DNA of 55,613 bases from Deltaproteobacteria bacterium (GTDB taxonomy: Bacteria > Desulfobacterota > Desulfobulbia > Desulfobulbales > SURF-16): NCBI GenBank assembly GCA_016208225.1, contig JACQYM010000053.1, positions 1-55,613 on the forward strand. Reading direction: 5' to 3'. How positions within the stretch are numbered: the first letter of the stretch is position 1; every line of letters starts with the position of its first letter. The notes under the pieces are model-generated. The model was not told where the DNA came from. It made no database searches and worked only from the letters and a program-made list of their open reading frames with translations. The translations under genes were made by a program, and so were the position numbers. Of this stretch, positions 47,712 to 55,613 are shown piece by piece.

Positions 47712-48962
47712 ATGGCCATGCCTGAGCCGGACAGCGTCAGCAAAATTTTTATCGCCCGCCAGCCGATCTTCCGCCGCAACGGCCGGGTATTCGGCTACGA
47801 ACTCCTGTTCCGGTCCAGTCTCGATAATTTCTTTGATAAGACCCAGGATGGCGACCAGGCCACCTCCAGGGTAATTACCAATGCCTTCTCCCTGGTCGGC
47901 ATCAGTAAAATCACCGAAGGGAAAAAGGCCTTTATCAATTTTACCGGCGACATGCTGATCAAGCAGTATCCGGCGCTTTTTCCTCATAATATTACGGTGG
48001 CCGAAATCCTGGAAAGCGTGAAAATGACCGCCGAACTCATTGGTGCCTGCCGGGAACTTGTGGCCAAAGGGTATATTCTCGCCCTGGATGATTTCATTTT
48101 TACCGAGGAGCTGCTGCCGCTTATCCGGCTGGCCCATATCATCAAGCTTGATGTCAAGGCCATGACCATGGACGAGCTGCGGGAAAATCTGCGCCAACTC
48201 ACCCCGTTTAACGTCAAGCTGCTGGCGGAAAAGGTTGAAACAATTGAGGAATTTGAACTGCTCAAGGAGATGGGATTTACCTTTTTTCAGGGTTATTTTT
48301 TCAGTCAGCCCAAAATTATCCAGGGCCGGGACATTCCGGGCTCAAAACTGCAATATCTGAAGATCATCCGGGTGATTCAGGACGAGAATTATAATTTTAA
48401 AAAAATCACCGAATTTATTACCCATGACGTCTCACTTTCCTATAAATTGATGCGCTATGTGAATTCAGCGGCCATGCGCCGGAGGCGGGAGGTGACTTCG
48501 CTGCAGAGTGCCGTGGCGCTCATCGGCGAACTGACCCTGCGGAAATGGCTCACGTTGATGATGCTCTGCTACATTGCCGATGATAAACCCAGGGAACTGC
48601 TCCGCCTCACCCTGCTGCGGGCCAGGTTCTGCGAGCAGGTCGGCGAGAAAATGGGCAAAGGGCGGAATTTCAGTCTGACCTGTTATACGGTGGGGATGTT
48701 TTCGCTGCTCGATGTCCTGCTGGACCAGTCCATGGCCGATGTTTTACGGCCTCTCAGCCTGACGGCCGAGATCGTGGCCACCCTGACCGGCGAAAAAACC
48801 ACGCCCTACTCCATGATCCTTCATCTCGCCAAGGCATATGAACGGGGTGACTGGCCGGAGGTGACCAGACTGGCGGGCAACGTGGAGGAGATTTTTGAAC
48901 ATCTGCCCCTTTTTTATGAAATCGCTCTGGAGGATGTGAGCGATTTTTATACAACCGCCTGA
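47712..48962 (+). CDS. EAL domain plus HDOD domain protein (YuxH-like)
   Basis: EAL-type residues (QPIF...YELLFR, INFT, EILE, LDDF, KLD, AEKVET, FFQGYF) followed by an HDOD-like C-terminal half. The ORF track start at 47685 is a TTG. Confidence 0.8.
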   Translation: MAMPEPDSVSKIFIARQPIFRRNGRVFGYELLFRSSLDNFFDKTQDGDQATSRVITNAFSLVGISKITEGKKAFINFTGDMLIKQYPALFPHNITVAEILESVKMTAELIGACRELVAKGYILALDDFIFTEELLPLIRLAHIIKLDVKAMTMDELRENLRQLTPFNVKLLAEKVETIEEFELLKEMGFTFFQGYFFSQPKIIQGRDIPGSKLQYLKIIRVIQDENYNFKKITEFITHDVSLSYKLMRYVNSAAMRRRREVTSLQSAVALIGELTLRKWLTLMMLCYIADDKPRELLRLTLLRARFCEQVGEKMGKGRNFSLTCYTVGMFSLLDVLLDQSMADVLRPLSLTAEIVATLTGEKTTPYSMILHLAKAYERGDWPEVTRLAGNVEEIFEHLPLFYEIALEDVSDFYTTA

Positions 48963-48969
48963 TGGGGCG

Positions 48970-49034
48970 TAAGCGATCACGGTACTGCCTGTGCCCGTGA
49001 CGGCGCAGGCGGCTGCATCCCGCAATCGCTTACC
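48970..49034. terminator. Nested inverted repeats between convergent genes (possible bidirectional terminator, no T-run)
   Basis: gtaagcgat (48970-48978) pairs with atcgcttac (49026-49034). The inner pair is tcacgg/ccgtga. Confidence 0.3.
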
Positions 49035-49045
49035 GTCGCGTCGTC

Positions 49046-51113
49046 TTATTCGGTGCCGGTCAGCGTGTACATTTTGGAAAAGTCGCCGATACGCAGAAAG
49101 AGCTGGGCGATGGCGGCCAGCAGCGACAGGCGATTGTTTCTGAGGGCCGCGTCCTCGCTCATCACCATGACGGCGTCGAAAAAGACGTCAACCGGCTCTT
49201 TCATGTCGAGAATCTTCTCCATGGCCGGCTCATAGGCCTTGGCCGCGAGCAGCGGCTCAACCTTCTCTTTCACCTCAACATACACCGCATAGAGCTGCTT
49301 TTCCGCCTCTTCCTGCAAGAGCTGCGGGTCAACCTCACATGCGGCGTGGTTTTTAATGATATTGATGACCCGCTTGAAGGCCCCGGCCAGCAGGGTGAAG
49401 GTTTCCCGGGTGCTGACGCTGAGCAGGGCATCGATCCGTTTGCGGCAGTCGGCAATATCGTCAAACGAGGTGGAGAGCACGGCGTCAACCGCTTCCTGGG
49501 CAATGCCGCGGGCGATCAGATCGTTCATGTAGCGGCCCTTGATGAAGTCAAGAATTGCACTGGCGGTCTTCTGCCGGTCCTCGGTCAGCCTGTCGCCGTA
49601 AAGCAGCAGCGCTTCATTGATGCATTCACCCAGAGAGAGGGGCAGGGCGCGGGAGGAGATAATGCGCAGCAGGGCCAGGGCATGCCGCCGCAGACCGTAA
49701 GGATCGGTGGTGCCGGTGGGCACCTTGCCGATGCCGAAACAGCCGGCAATGGTGTCCAGCGACCAGGGCGCCCGGCAGGTTTTCCGGCAGGGCGCTGTCC
49801 GCCCGGACCGGCAGGTAATGCTGCTGGATGGCTTCCGCCACCTCGGCTGTTTCTCCCTCATGCAGGGCGTAATATTTTCCCATGACCCCCTGCAGGGTGG
49901 GAAATTCCCCCACCATACTGGTCACCAGGTCAGCCTTGGCCAGCCGGGCGGCCCGGGTGGCGGCCGTCAGCAGCTCAGGGGCGATTTTCCGGCACAGAAA
50001 TGCGGTCAGCGCTTCCAGCCGCGCCGTTTTTTCCAGCATGGTGCCCAGCTGGGCCTGGAATACCACGCCGGCAAGATCATGGAGACAATCGGCAAGCTTA
50101 CGCTGCCGATCCTCCTTGAAGAAAAAGAGGGCGTCCTCCAGCCGGGCGCGCAGCACCCGTTCGTGGCCGGCGGCGGCCATGGCCGCGTCCTCGATTTTGG
50201 TGTTGTTGATGGCCACGAAGTTCGGCAGCAGATCGCCGCCGGCGTTTGCCACGGTAAAATATTTCTGGTGCACCCGCATGGAGGTGATGAGCACCTCCTT
50301 GGGCAGGACCAGGAATTTTTCATCAAAGCTGCCGCGGATGCCCACCGGAAACTCAACCAGGTTGGTGATGGTGTCGAGCAGTTCGCTGTCCGCCACGATC
50401 TCGCCTCCGGCCGCGGCTGCCGCCCGGGCTGCCTCATCCGCCACCATGGCCCGCCGTTCCTGCGGAACGGCCACCACGAAACGCTCCCGCAGCGCGGCGA
50501 GGTATTGCGCAAAATCCGTGACCGCCATGGTCCCGGGGGCCATGAAGCGATGGCATCTGGTGGTGCTGCCGGAGGTGAGATCATTGATGGCAAAGTCAAC
50601 CACGCTACCGCCATACAGGGCAAGCAGCCATTGGATGGGCCTGGCAAAACTGGTCCGGAAAGCACCCCAGCGCATCGATTTGGGAAAGGGAATGGAGAGA
50701 ATGAATTCCGGCAGCAGGCGGGCCAGGATGTCCGCGGTGCTTTCCCCCTTGTGTTCCAGGACGAGCATCAGGTATTCACCCTTGGGGGTGGCGGCGATGC
50801 GGATATCCTCCACTGCGGCGCCGCGGGATCTGGCAAAGCCATGGGCCGCCTTGGTCGGCTGATTATCCTGGTCAAAGCCGGCTTTTTTCGGGGGACCCAA
50901 TACCTCTTCCCGCCGGTCCGGCTGCCGGTCGCCGAGGCCGGCAACGCAGAGGGCAAGCCGCCGCGGCGTAGCCGCCGTGGCGATGGAGTCAAAGGGAAGC
51001 GACAGTTCCTGCAGTTTCCTGCCCATGGCTGCCTGCATGAATTGCAGGGCCGGCTCAATGTAGCCGGCCGGTATCTCCTCGGTGCCGATTTCCAGTAAAA
51101 ATTCGTGGTTCAT
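49046..51113 (-). pseudogene. glyS: Glycine-tRNA ligase beta subunit, interrupted by one frameshift near 49757-49763
   Basis: The N-terminal 450 aa (MNHEFLLEIGTEEIPAGY...) are in the frame of ORF 49626-51359. Homology continues (LDTIAGCFGIGKVPTGTTDPYGLRRHA...) in the frame of ORF 49046-49861. The total of 2068 nt is not a multiple of 3. The usual ADK before LDT appears to be missing. Confidence 0.85.
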
Positions 51114-51117
51114 AGCA

Positions 51118-51891
51118 TTAATGGGTGCGATTGCAATTGAAGTTCGTATCCTCGGCCGCCCATTCGATGACGGCAAAGGTGCTGAATCCCCGCGACAGGT
51201 TCTCCACCGTGATGGAACACCAGCTGATGGCTGGATGGCTGGCCAGTTTGACGGAGAGATCCTTGGCGATTTTTTCCACCGACAGCGGATACTCAGGCGG
51301 CGCGGCGGCTGAAGCTGACCACTGCAGGTCATGGGAGGTAACGGCTTCAACCATTTCAATCAACTCCTCCATCCAGATGAAATGGCGAAAGCGCAGACAG
51401 ATATTGGCCACTCCCCAATGGCCGAGGGACTGGGGCAGGCCGGAACTGGTCTGCACCGGGGCGGGCGGGGAAATGGGCACGGCGATCTCCAGGGTGAGGT
51501 CGTCGGTTTCGGCGAGCGAGCCGTGCATTCTGCAGAGATATTCGGCCAGTTCCGTGGTGCCGGTCGCCGAGGATTTTTTCCTGAGGAAATAGGGGAATTC
51601 AATCTCCATATGGGCTGCTTCGGCCTGCAGTTTTTCTTTGGTTTCCTGCAGAATGTGCTGAAAGCTGCGCAGATTGATATCGCCGTGAAAGTGGTTGAGG
51701 ATCTCGATAAAGCGGCTCATGTGGGTGCCTTTAAACTGATGGGGCAGATTGACGTACATGTTCACCCTGGCCACAGTCCGCTGCACCTTGTTGGCCCTGT
51801 CAAGGACGGTAATCGGGTAGGAAATGTCCTTTACCCCTACCTTTTTGATGTTGATGCGCCGGTGATCACGCAGGCTCTGGATGTCCTTCAT
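51118..51891 (-). CDS. folE2: GTP cyclohydrolase FolE2/MptA family
   Basis: 257 aa. The N-terminal pattern DxRxINIxKVGVKDISYP and HMSRF are typical of type IB GTP cyclohydrolase. Confidence 0.85.
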   Translation of the reverse strand: MKDIQSLRDHRRINIKKVGVKDISYPITVLDRANKVQRTVARVNMYVNLPHQFKGTHMSRFIEILNHFHGDINLRSFQHILQETKEKLQAEAAHMEIEFPYFLRKKSSATGTTELAEYLCRMHGSLAETDDLTLEIAVPISPPAPVQTSSGLPQSLGHWGVANICLRFRHFIWMEELIEMVEAVTSHDLQWSASAAAPPEYPLSVEKIAKDLSVKLASHPAISWCSITVENLSRGFSTFAVIEWAAEDTNFNCNRTH

Positions 51892-51915
51892 GGGAGAGGG
51901 CGGCCGCCGCCTTGC

Positions 51916-52266
51916 TCAGGACAGATGCTTGCGGACAGCGCTTTTCAATTCGTCCAGATTGGATGATTTCACGATATAGTCATCCGATGCCCACGAGGCG
52001 AGGTCCTGCTTGAATTCCTGATAGGCCGAACTGAGAATGACCGGCAGATTCTGGTTGATTTCCTTCATGCGGCGCAGCACGTCAATACCGTTCATGCCCG
52101 GCATGTTGATATCGAGAATAACGAGGTCAGGTGAAATAATACTCAGCTTTTCCAGCGCTTCCTCGCCGGAAAGAGCGGAATGCACCACATACCCTTCTTC
52201 CTCAAGTTCCTCCCGATACAGCAGATGGATGCTTTCTTCATCGTCAACAAGTAATATTTTTTTCAT
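51916..52266 (-). CDS. Single-domain response regulator (receiver only)
   Basis: 116 aa. LLVDDE...ILDINMPGMNG...K pattern. Confidence 0.85.
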   Translation of the reverse strand: MKKILLVDDEESIHLLYREELEEEGYVVHSALSGEEALEKLSIISPDLVILDINMPGMNGIDVLRRMKEINQNLPVILSSAYQEFKQDLASWASDDYIVKSSNLDELKSAVRKHLS

Positions 52267-52291
52267 GAGCCACCTGTTATTAAATGTTCAA

Positions 52292-53290
52292 TCAAACCTT
52301 TGCTTCTTTCAGGAATTTCGCGGCGTCCTCGGGCGGAGTCGGATTAATATAAAACCCGGACCCCCATTCAAAACCGGCGATCTGGGTCAACTTAGGCATG
52401 ATCTCAATATGCCAGTGATAATGATCAAGCGGTTCGGAACGCAAAGGCGAAGAATGCAGGACAAAATTGTACGGGACATTGGGAATGCAGGCATTGAGCC
52501 GCCGCATGCTTTCGGAAAAAATGGCTGCCAGGGCCTGGAAGGAGGAGTGGTCCTGGCTGATGTAGGATGAGGCGTGTCTTTTGGGCAGCACCCACATCTC
52601 AAACGGGGACCGGGGAGCATAAGGCGCCAGGGTGATAAAGTGGTCATTTTGGCACACCACCCGTACATCGTTTTTCATCTCCTGATGGATGATGTCGCAG
52701 TAGACGCAGCGCTCCTTGTACTTGTAGTAGGAAAGACTGCCGGTCATCTCGGAGACGATTCTGCCCGGCACGATGGGCAGGGCCACCAGCTGGGAATGGG
52801 AATGTTCCAGGGAGGCGCCGGCGGCTTTGCCGAAATTCTTGAAGACCATCACATACTTGAAGCGGGGATCGCGGCCGAGGTCAACGATGCGGTCGCGGAA
52901 GGCCAGAAACACATCCAGCATTCTCCCCTGGGGCAGGTCGGAAAAGGCCTCGTCATGGTTCGGGGATTCGATGATGACCTCATGGGCGCCGATGCCGTTC
53001 ATCTTGTCGTACAGCCCATCCCCCTCCTTGTCCAGATCGCCCTCAATGATAAGCGCCGGGTACTTGTTCGGCACCACACGCAGCGTCCAGCCCAGGGTGT
53101 TGGGTTGATGATTGATGTCGCCGTAGCTCAGCACCTCCGGCGGGGTTGTTTTTGCATTCCCCGGGCAGAGGGGGCAGAAGCCTCCCTTGCTGACACTGTG
53201 TTCAACGATAAAGTCGGTCTGTCGTTTGCCCCGTTCTTTGGCAATAATGATCCAGCGGCCGAGGACGGGATCTTTTCTTAGTTCTGGCAT
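52292..53290 (-). CDS. Galactose-1-phosphate uridylyltransferase-family (HIT superfamily) nucleotidyltransferase
   Basis: 332 aa. Zinc motif CPLCPGN and active-site HSHSQ (the HxHxQ type). Confidence 0.8.
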   Translation of the reverse strand: MPELRKDPVLGRWIIIAKERGKRQTDFIVEHSVSKGGFCPLCPGNAKTTPPEVLSYGDINHQPNTLGWTLRVVPNKYPALIIEGDLDKEGDGLYDKMNGIGAHEVIIESPNHDEAFSDLPQGRMLDVFLAFRDRIVDLGRDPRFKYVMVFKNFGKAAGASLEHSHSQLVALPIVPGRIVSEMTGSLSYYKYKERCVYCDIIHQEMKNDVRVVCQNDHFITLAPYAPRSPFEMWVLPKRHASSYISQDHSSFQALAAIFSESMRRLNACIPNVPYNFVLHSSPLRSEPLDHYHWHIEIMPKLTQIAGFEWGSGFYINPTPPEDAAKFLKEAKV

Positions 53291-53332
53291 GGCTCAATGA
53301 TGGAGGTAGATGAAGCTTGAATGGGAAACAGC

Positions 53333-53695
53333 TTAACTCGCCTTGGCCTTTTCGTAATCTTCCTGCTTTGTTTTGCAATGGATGCAGAGCGTTGTCACCG
53401 GGCGGGCCTCCAGCCGGGCAATACCGATGTCGTCGCCGCAATCCTCGCACACGCCGTAATCGTCGTTTTCAATACGCTCCAGGGCCTCCTTGACCTTGGC
53501 CAGCAACTTGCGCTCCCGGTCGCGGATGCGCAGTTCGAAATTTCGGTCCGACTCGGCGGTGGCCCGGTCGGTGGGGTCAGGATAATTGCTGCTGCTGTCG
53601 GTCATTTCCGTGATCGTCCTATTGGCTTCGGACAGCAGCTCTTCGCTCATATCCTTTAATTTCTTTTTAAAATACGCCAGTTGTTCGTCTGTCAT
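53333..53695 (-). CDS. dksA: DksA/TraR-family C4 zinc-finger RNA polymerase-binding protein
   Basis: CEDCGDDI...CIHCK zinc finger and a coiled-coil N-terminal half. ATG at 53695 has GGAGA upstream. Confidence 0.85.
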   Translation of the reverse strand: MTDEQLAYFKKKLKDMSEELLSEANRTITEMTDSSSNYPDPTDRATAESDRNFELRIRDRERKLLAKVKEALERIENDDYGVCEDCGDDIGIARLEARPVTTLCIHCKTKQEDYEKAKAS

Positions 53696-53735
53696 GGCTT
53701 CAATCTCCAAATGATTCAGCACTGCTTTTCTGTTT

Positions 53736-53910
53736 AGGAGCCGCTACGAAATAACATGGCCATTTTTCAATTTCGGTACGGCTCCTTATACCCCTCAAGG
53801 GGGTACTGAAAAGAGTGCCGTTTTCGCGCATTTTTCCGGCCATGTTATTTTTTTACAACGGCTTATCTGAAAGTTGACTGGTAAATTGAGAAATCGGCTG
53901 ATCAGTTTTG
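53736..53910. repeat. Composite B-family mosaic (reference copy)
   Basis: Hairpin aggagccgctacgaaataacatggccatttttcaatttcggtacggctcct, palindrome tacccctcaagggggta, ...ggccatgttatttttttacaacggct, then ttatctgaaagttgactggt and gagaaatcggctgatcag. Confidence 0.65.
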
Positions 53911-54020
53911 CGAGGAATGATGAGTTGCTCATTAACCAATCGCCAAATCAACCATTCTCCCATTCAACAACTTTCATTTTTTTGTAATTCCGTGAGCAAA
54001 AGAGGGCTTGAGTATAGCAC

Positions 54021-54530
54021 TCATTTCGGTTCATTTCTGGTGTACGTGCCGCTTTTCCCGCCTGATTTCGTCAAGAGCCTGATGTTGTCGATCACCATTG
54101 CCTTATCCACTGCCTTGCACATGTCGTAAATGGTCAAGGCGGCGATTGATACGGCGGTCAGCGCCTCCATCTCCACGCCGGTCTTGCCGGTAATGCCTAC
54201 GGTGGCGGTAATTTCGATGCAGTTCCTTTCCGCTTCCAGCTTAAAATCGATCTCCGCCCTGGTGATGGGCAGCGGATGGGTGAGCGGAATAAGATCTCCC
54301 ACCTTTTTCGCCGCCATGATGCCGGCCAGCCGCGCCACCCCCAGCACATCGCCCTTGGCAATGGAGGCGGTGCTGATCAGCGCAAAACACTCCCGCGACA
54401 CATACACATCCCCGCCGGCCACGGCCTGGCGGACGGTGTCGCTTTTATGGCTGACATCGACCATTCTGGCTTGGCCCGCCTGGTCAAAGTGGGTGAATTC
54501 CTTACCCTGCATCGTTTCGTCCCGGTTCAT
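54021..54530 (-). CDS. moaC: Cyclic pyranopterin monophosphate synthase MoaC
   Basis: 169 aa. Conserved MVDVSHK...IPLTHPL...[13 protein letters not shown]. Its ATG overlaps the dnaJ stop (ATGA at 54527-54530). Confidence 0.9.
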   Translation of the reverse strand: MNRDETMQGKEFTHFDQAGQARMVDVSHKSDTVRQAVAGGDVYVSRECFALISTASIAKGDVLGVARLAGIMAAKKVGDLIPLTHPLPITRAEIDFKLEAERNCIEITATVGITGKTGVEMEALTAVSIAALTIYDMCKAVDKAMVIDNIRLLTKSGGKSGTYTRNEPK

Positions 54531-55613
54531 CCCAGGTTGCCGGAAAAGAGTTTCTTGAAAAATCCTTCGCTGTGGTGTTCCTCTTCCCCTGATTGCAGAT
54601 CGGCGAATTCCTGCAGCAGTTCCTCCTGCCGCTTGCTGATTTTTTTGGGAATAATGACCTTGATCTCCACCACCATGTCACCTTTGCCGTTGCCCCGCAG
54701 GCTCGGCACCCCTTCCCCATCGAGGCGGAATGTCTGGCCGGGCTGGGTCCCCTTGGGAATTTTCAGCTTCTTCGTGCCGTGAATGGTCGGCACTTCAAGC
54801 GTGCAGCCGAGGGCCGCCTGGGTCATGGCCAGCGGCAGTTCGCAGTAGATGAGATCCCCGTCCCGCTGGAAAAAGTTGTGCGGCTCGACATGGATGACCA
54901 CATAAAGATCGCCGCCCGGCCCGCCCTTGCGGCCGCCTTCTCCCTCGCCCCGCAGCCGCATTCTGGCCCCGGTATCCACGCCGGCGGGAATTTTCAGCGA
55001 AACTTTCTTGCTCTTGTTCACCAGGCCGGCGCCGTGGCAGTCGTTGCAGGGATCGGTCACGATCTCGCCCTGACCCCGGCATTCGGGGCAAGGGGTCCTG
55101 ATGCTGAAAAATCCCTGGGATCTGGTCACCTGCCCGGCGCCCTGGCAATAGGGGCAGGTCTTGTTTTTAAAGCCGGGGCGGATGCCGCTGCCTTCGCAGG
55201 TCCAGCAGGTATCCCGTTTGTTGATGTCAATTTCCTTGTCGACCCCGTGCACCGCCTCCATAAAGGAAATGGTCAGATCATAGCGCAGGTCGTTGCCCGG
55301 AATCGGCCCCTGGCTGCGCCGCCTGTTGCCGCCGGCGCTGAACCCGAAGAGGTCGCCGAAGATGTCACCGAAACTCGAGAAGATATCCTCAAAGTTGCCC
55401 GGTCCGCTGTATCCGCTGTTCCGCAGGCCTTCCGCGCCGTACCGGTCGTATATTTTCCGTTTTTCGATATCGCGCAGCACCTCGTACGCCTCAGAGGCGG
55501 ATTTGAACTTCTCTTCCGCCTCCTTATCGCCTTGATTCCTGTCCGGATGATACTGCATGGCCAGCTTGCGGTAGGCTTTTTTTATCTCTTCCGCCGAGGC
55601 GTTTTTGTCGACC
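54527..55613 (-). CDS. dnaJ: Molecular chaperone DnaJ (5-prime end outside the window)
   Basis: J-domain HPD motif, G/F region and four CxxCxGxG zinc-finger repeats. The reading frame stays open to the window edge, so roughly 10 aa are missing. Confidence 0.9.
   Translation of the reverse strand, partial: VDKNASAEEIKKAYRKLAMQYHPDRNQGDKEAEEKFKSASEAYEVLRDIEKRKIYDRYGAEGLRNSGYSGPGNFEDIFSSFGDIFGDLFGFSAGGNRRRSQGPIPGNDLRYDLTISFMEAVHGVDKEIDINKRDTCWTCEGSGIRPGFKNKTCPYCQGAGQVTRSQGFFSIRTPCPECRGQGEIVTDPCNDCHGAGLVNKSKKVSLKIPAGVDTGARMRLRGEGEGGRKGGPGGDLYVVIHVEPHNFFQRDGDLIYCELPLAMTQAALGCTLEVPTIHGTKKLKIPKGTQPGQTFRLDGEGVPSLRGNGKGDMVVEIKVIIPKKISKRQEELLQEFADLQSGEEEHHSEGFFKKLFSGNLG

Noticed and set aside
49707-51098. 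Other long antisense ORFs: 49707-51098 opposite glyS, 16015-16998 opposite the dGTPase-like gene, 33707-34687 opposite the UbiD-family gene, 4555-5523 opposite cheA and 7861-8799 opposite the exported protein.
   Set aside because: Of the five ORFs, I checked the four opposite glyS, the dGTPase-like gene, the UbiD-family gene and cheA. All four are codon-aligned with the real gene (offsets of 81, 243, 663 and 261 nt, each divisible by 3). This is the same codon-bias artefact. I assume the same for 7861-8799.

Overview
This is a chromosomal, mostly housekeeping segment of about 58% GC (judged by eye). The gene content suggests an anaerobic Desulfobacterota or Desulfobulbales-like genome: rubredoxin, HDOD and HD-GYP signalling proteins, hemA-ccsA-like-sirC, a TatT-type TRAP transporter and a split F0 operon. 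That taxonomic call is inference only.

Gene order, left to right:
- A chemosensory operon on the minus strand (cheA-cheW-cheR-cheD-HDOD-cheB).
- An exported Pro-rich, helical protein.
- A 1115-aa class A PBP, divergent from an MltD-like LysM lytic transglycosylase.
- A broken SDR gene, a dGTPase-like HD protein and a CDA-type deaminase.
- A 35-aa His-rich membrane micro-ORF, divergent from a radical SAM enzyme.
- hpt and rubredoxin (53 aa, absent from the ORF track).
- The conserved rpmH-rnpA-yidD-yidC-jag-mnmE operon, extended by a cNMP-binding/HDOD protein.
- hemA, a ccsA-like gene, sirC, an MBL hydrolase, yjbQ and a PilZ protein.
- A UbiD-family decarboxylase, then an unknown gene behind a sigma-28-type promoter.
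- An RluB-type pseudouridine synthase, ihfB, rimO and a nucleoside phosphorylase.
- atpZ-atpI-atpB-atpE, hemL and a TatT-DctPQM TRAP transporter.
- Divergent HD-GYP and EAL-HDOD genes.
- glyS, folE2, a lone receiver, a galT-like gene, dksA, moaC and a 5-prime-truncated dnaJ.

I saw no tRNA, rRNA, CRISPR array, integrase, transposase or recognisable defence island.

The ORF track does not explain the intergenic space. It holds at least three families of short palindromic or mosaic repeats, about 20 copies in all. One element has 23-bp perfect terminal inverted repeats and sits nested inside another repeat within the che operon.

Three genes are out of frame as given: yidC (twice), glyS and an SDR. 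Two of them are essential, so sequence quality must be checked before any biological reading.

I do not see a compelling novel multi-gene system. The best leads are:
- the HDOD-containing che operon;
- the PBP1A / exported-protein / MltD cluster;
- the His-rich micro-protein beside the radical SAM gene;
- the sigma-28-driven unknown gene;
- the repeat families.

Repeat coordinates are approximate, to within a few bases.
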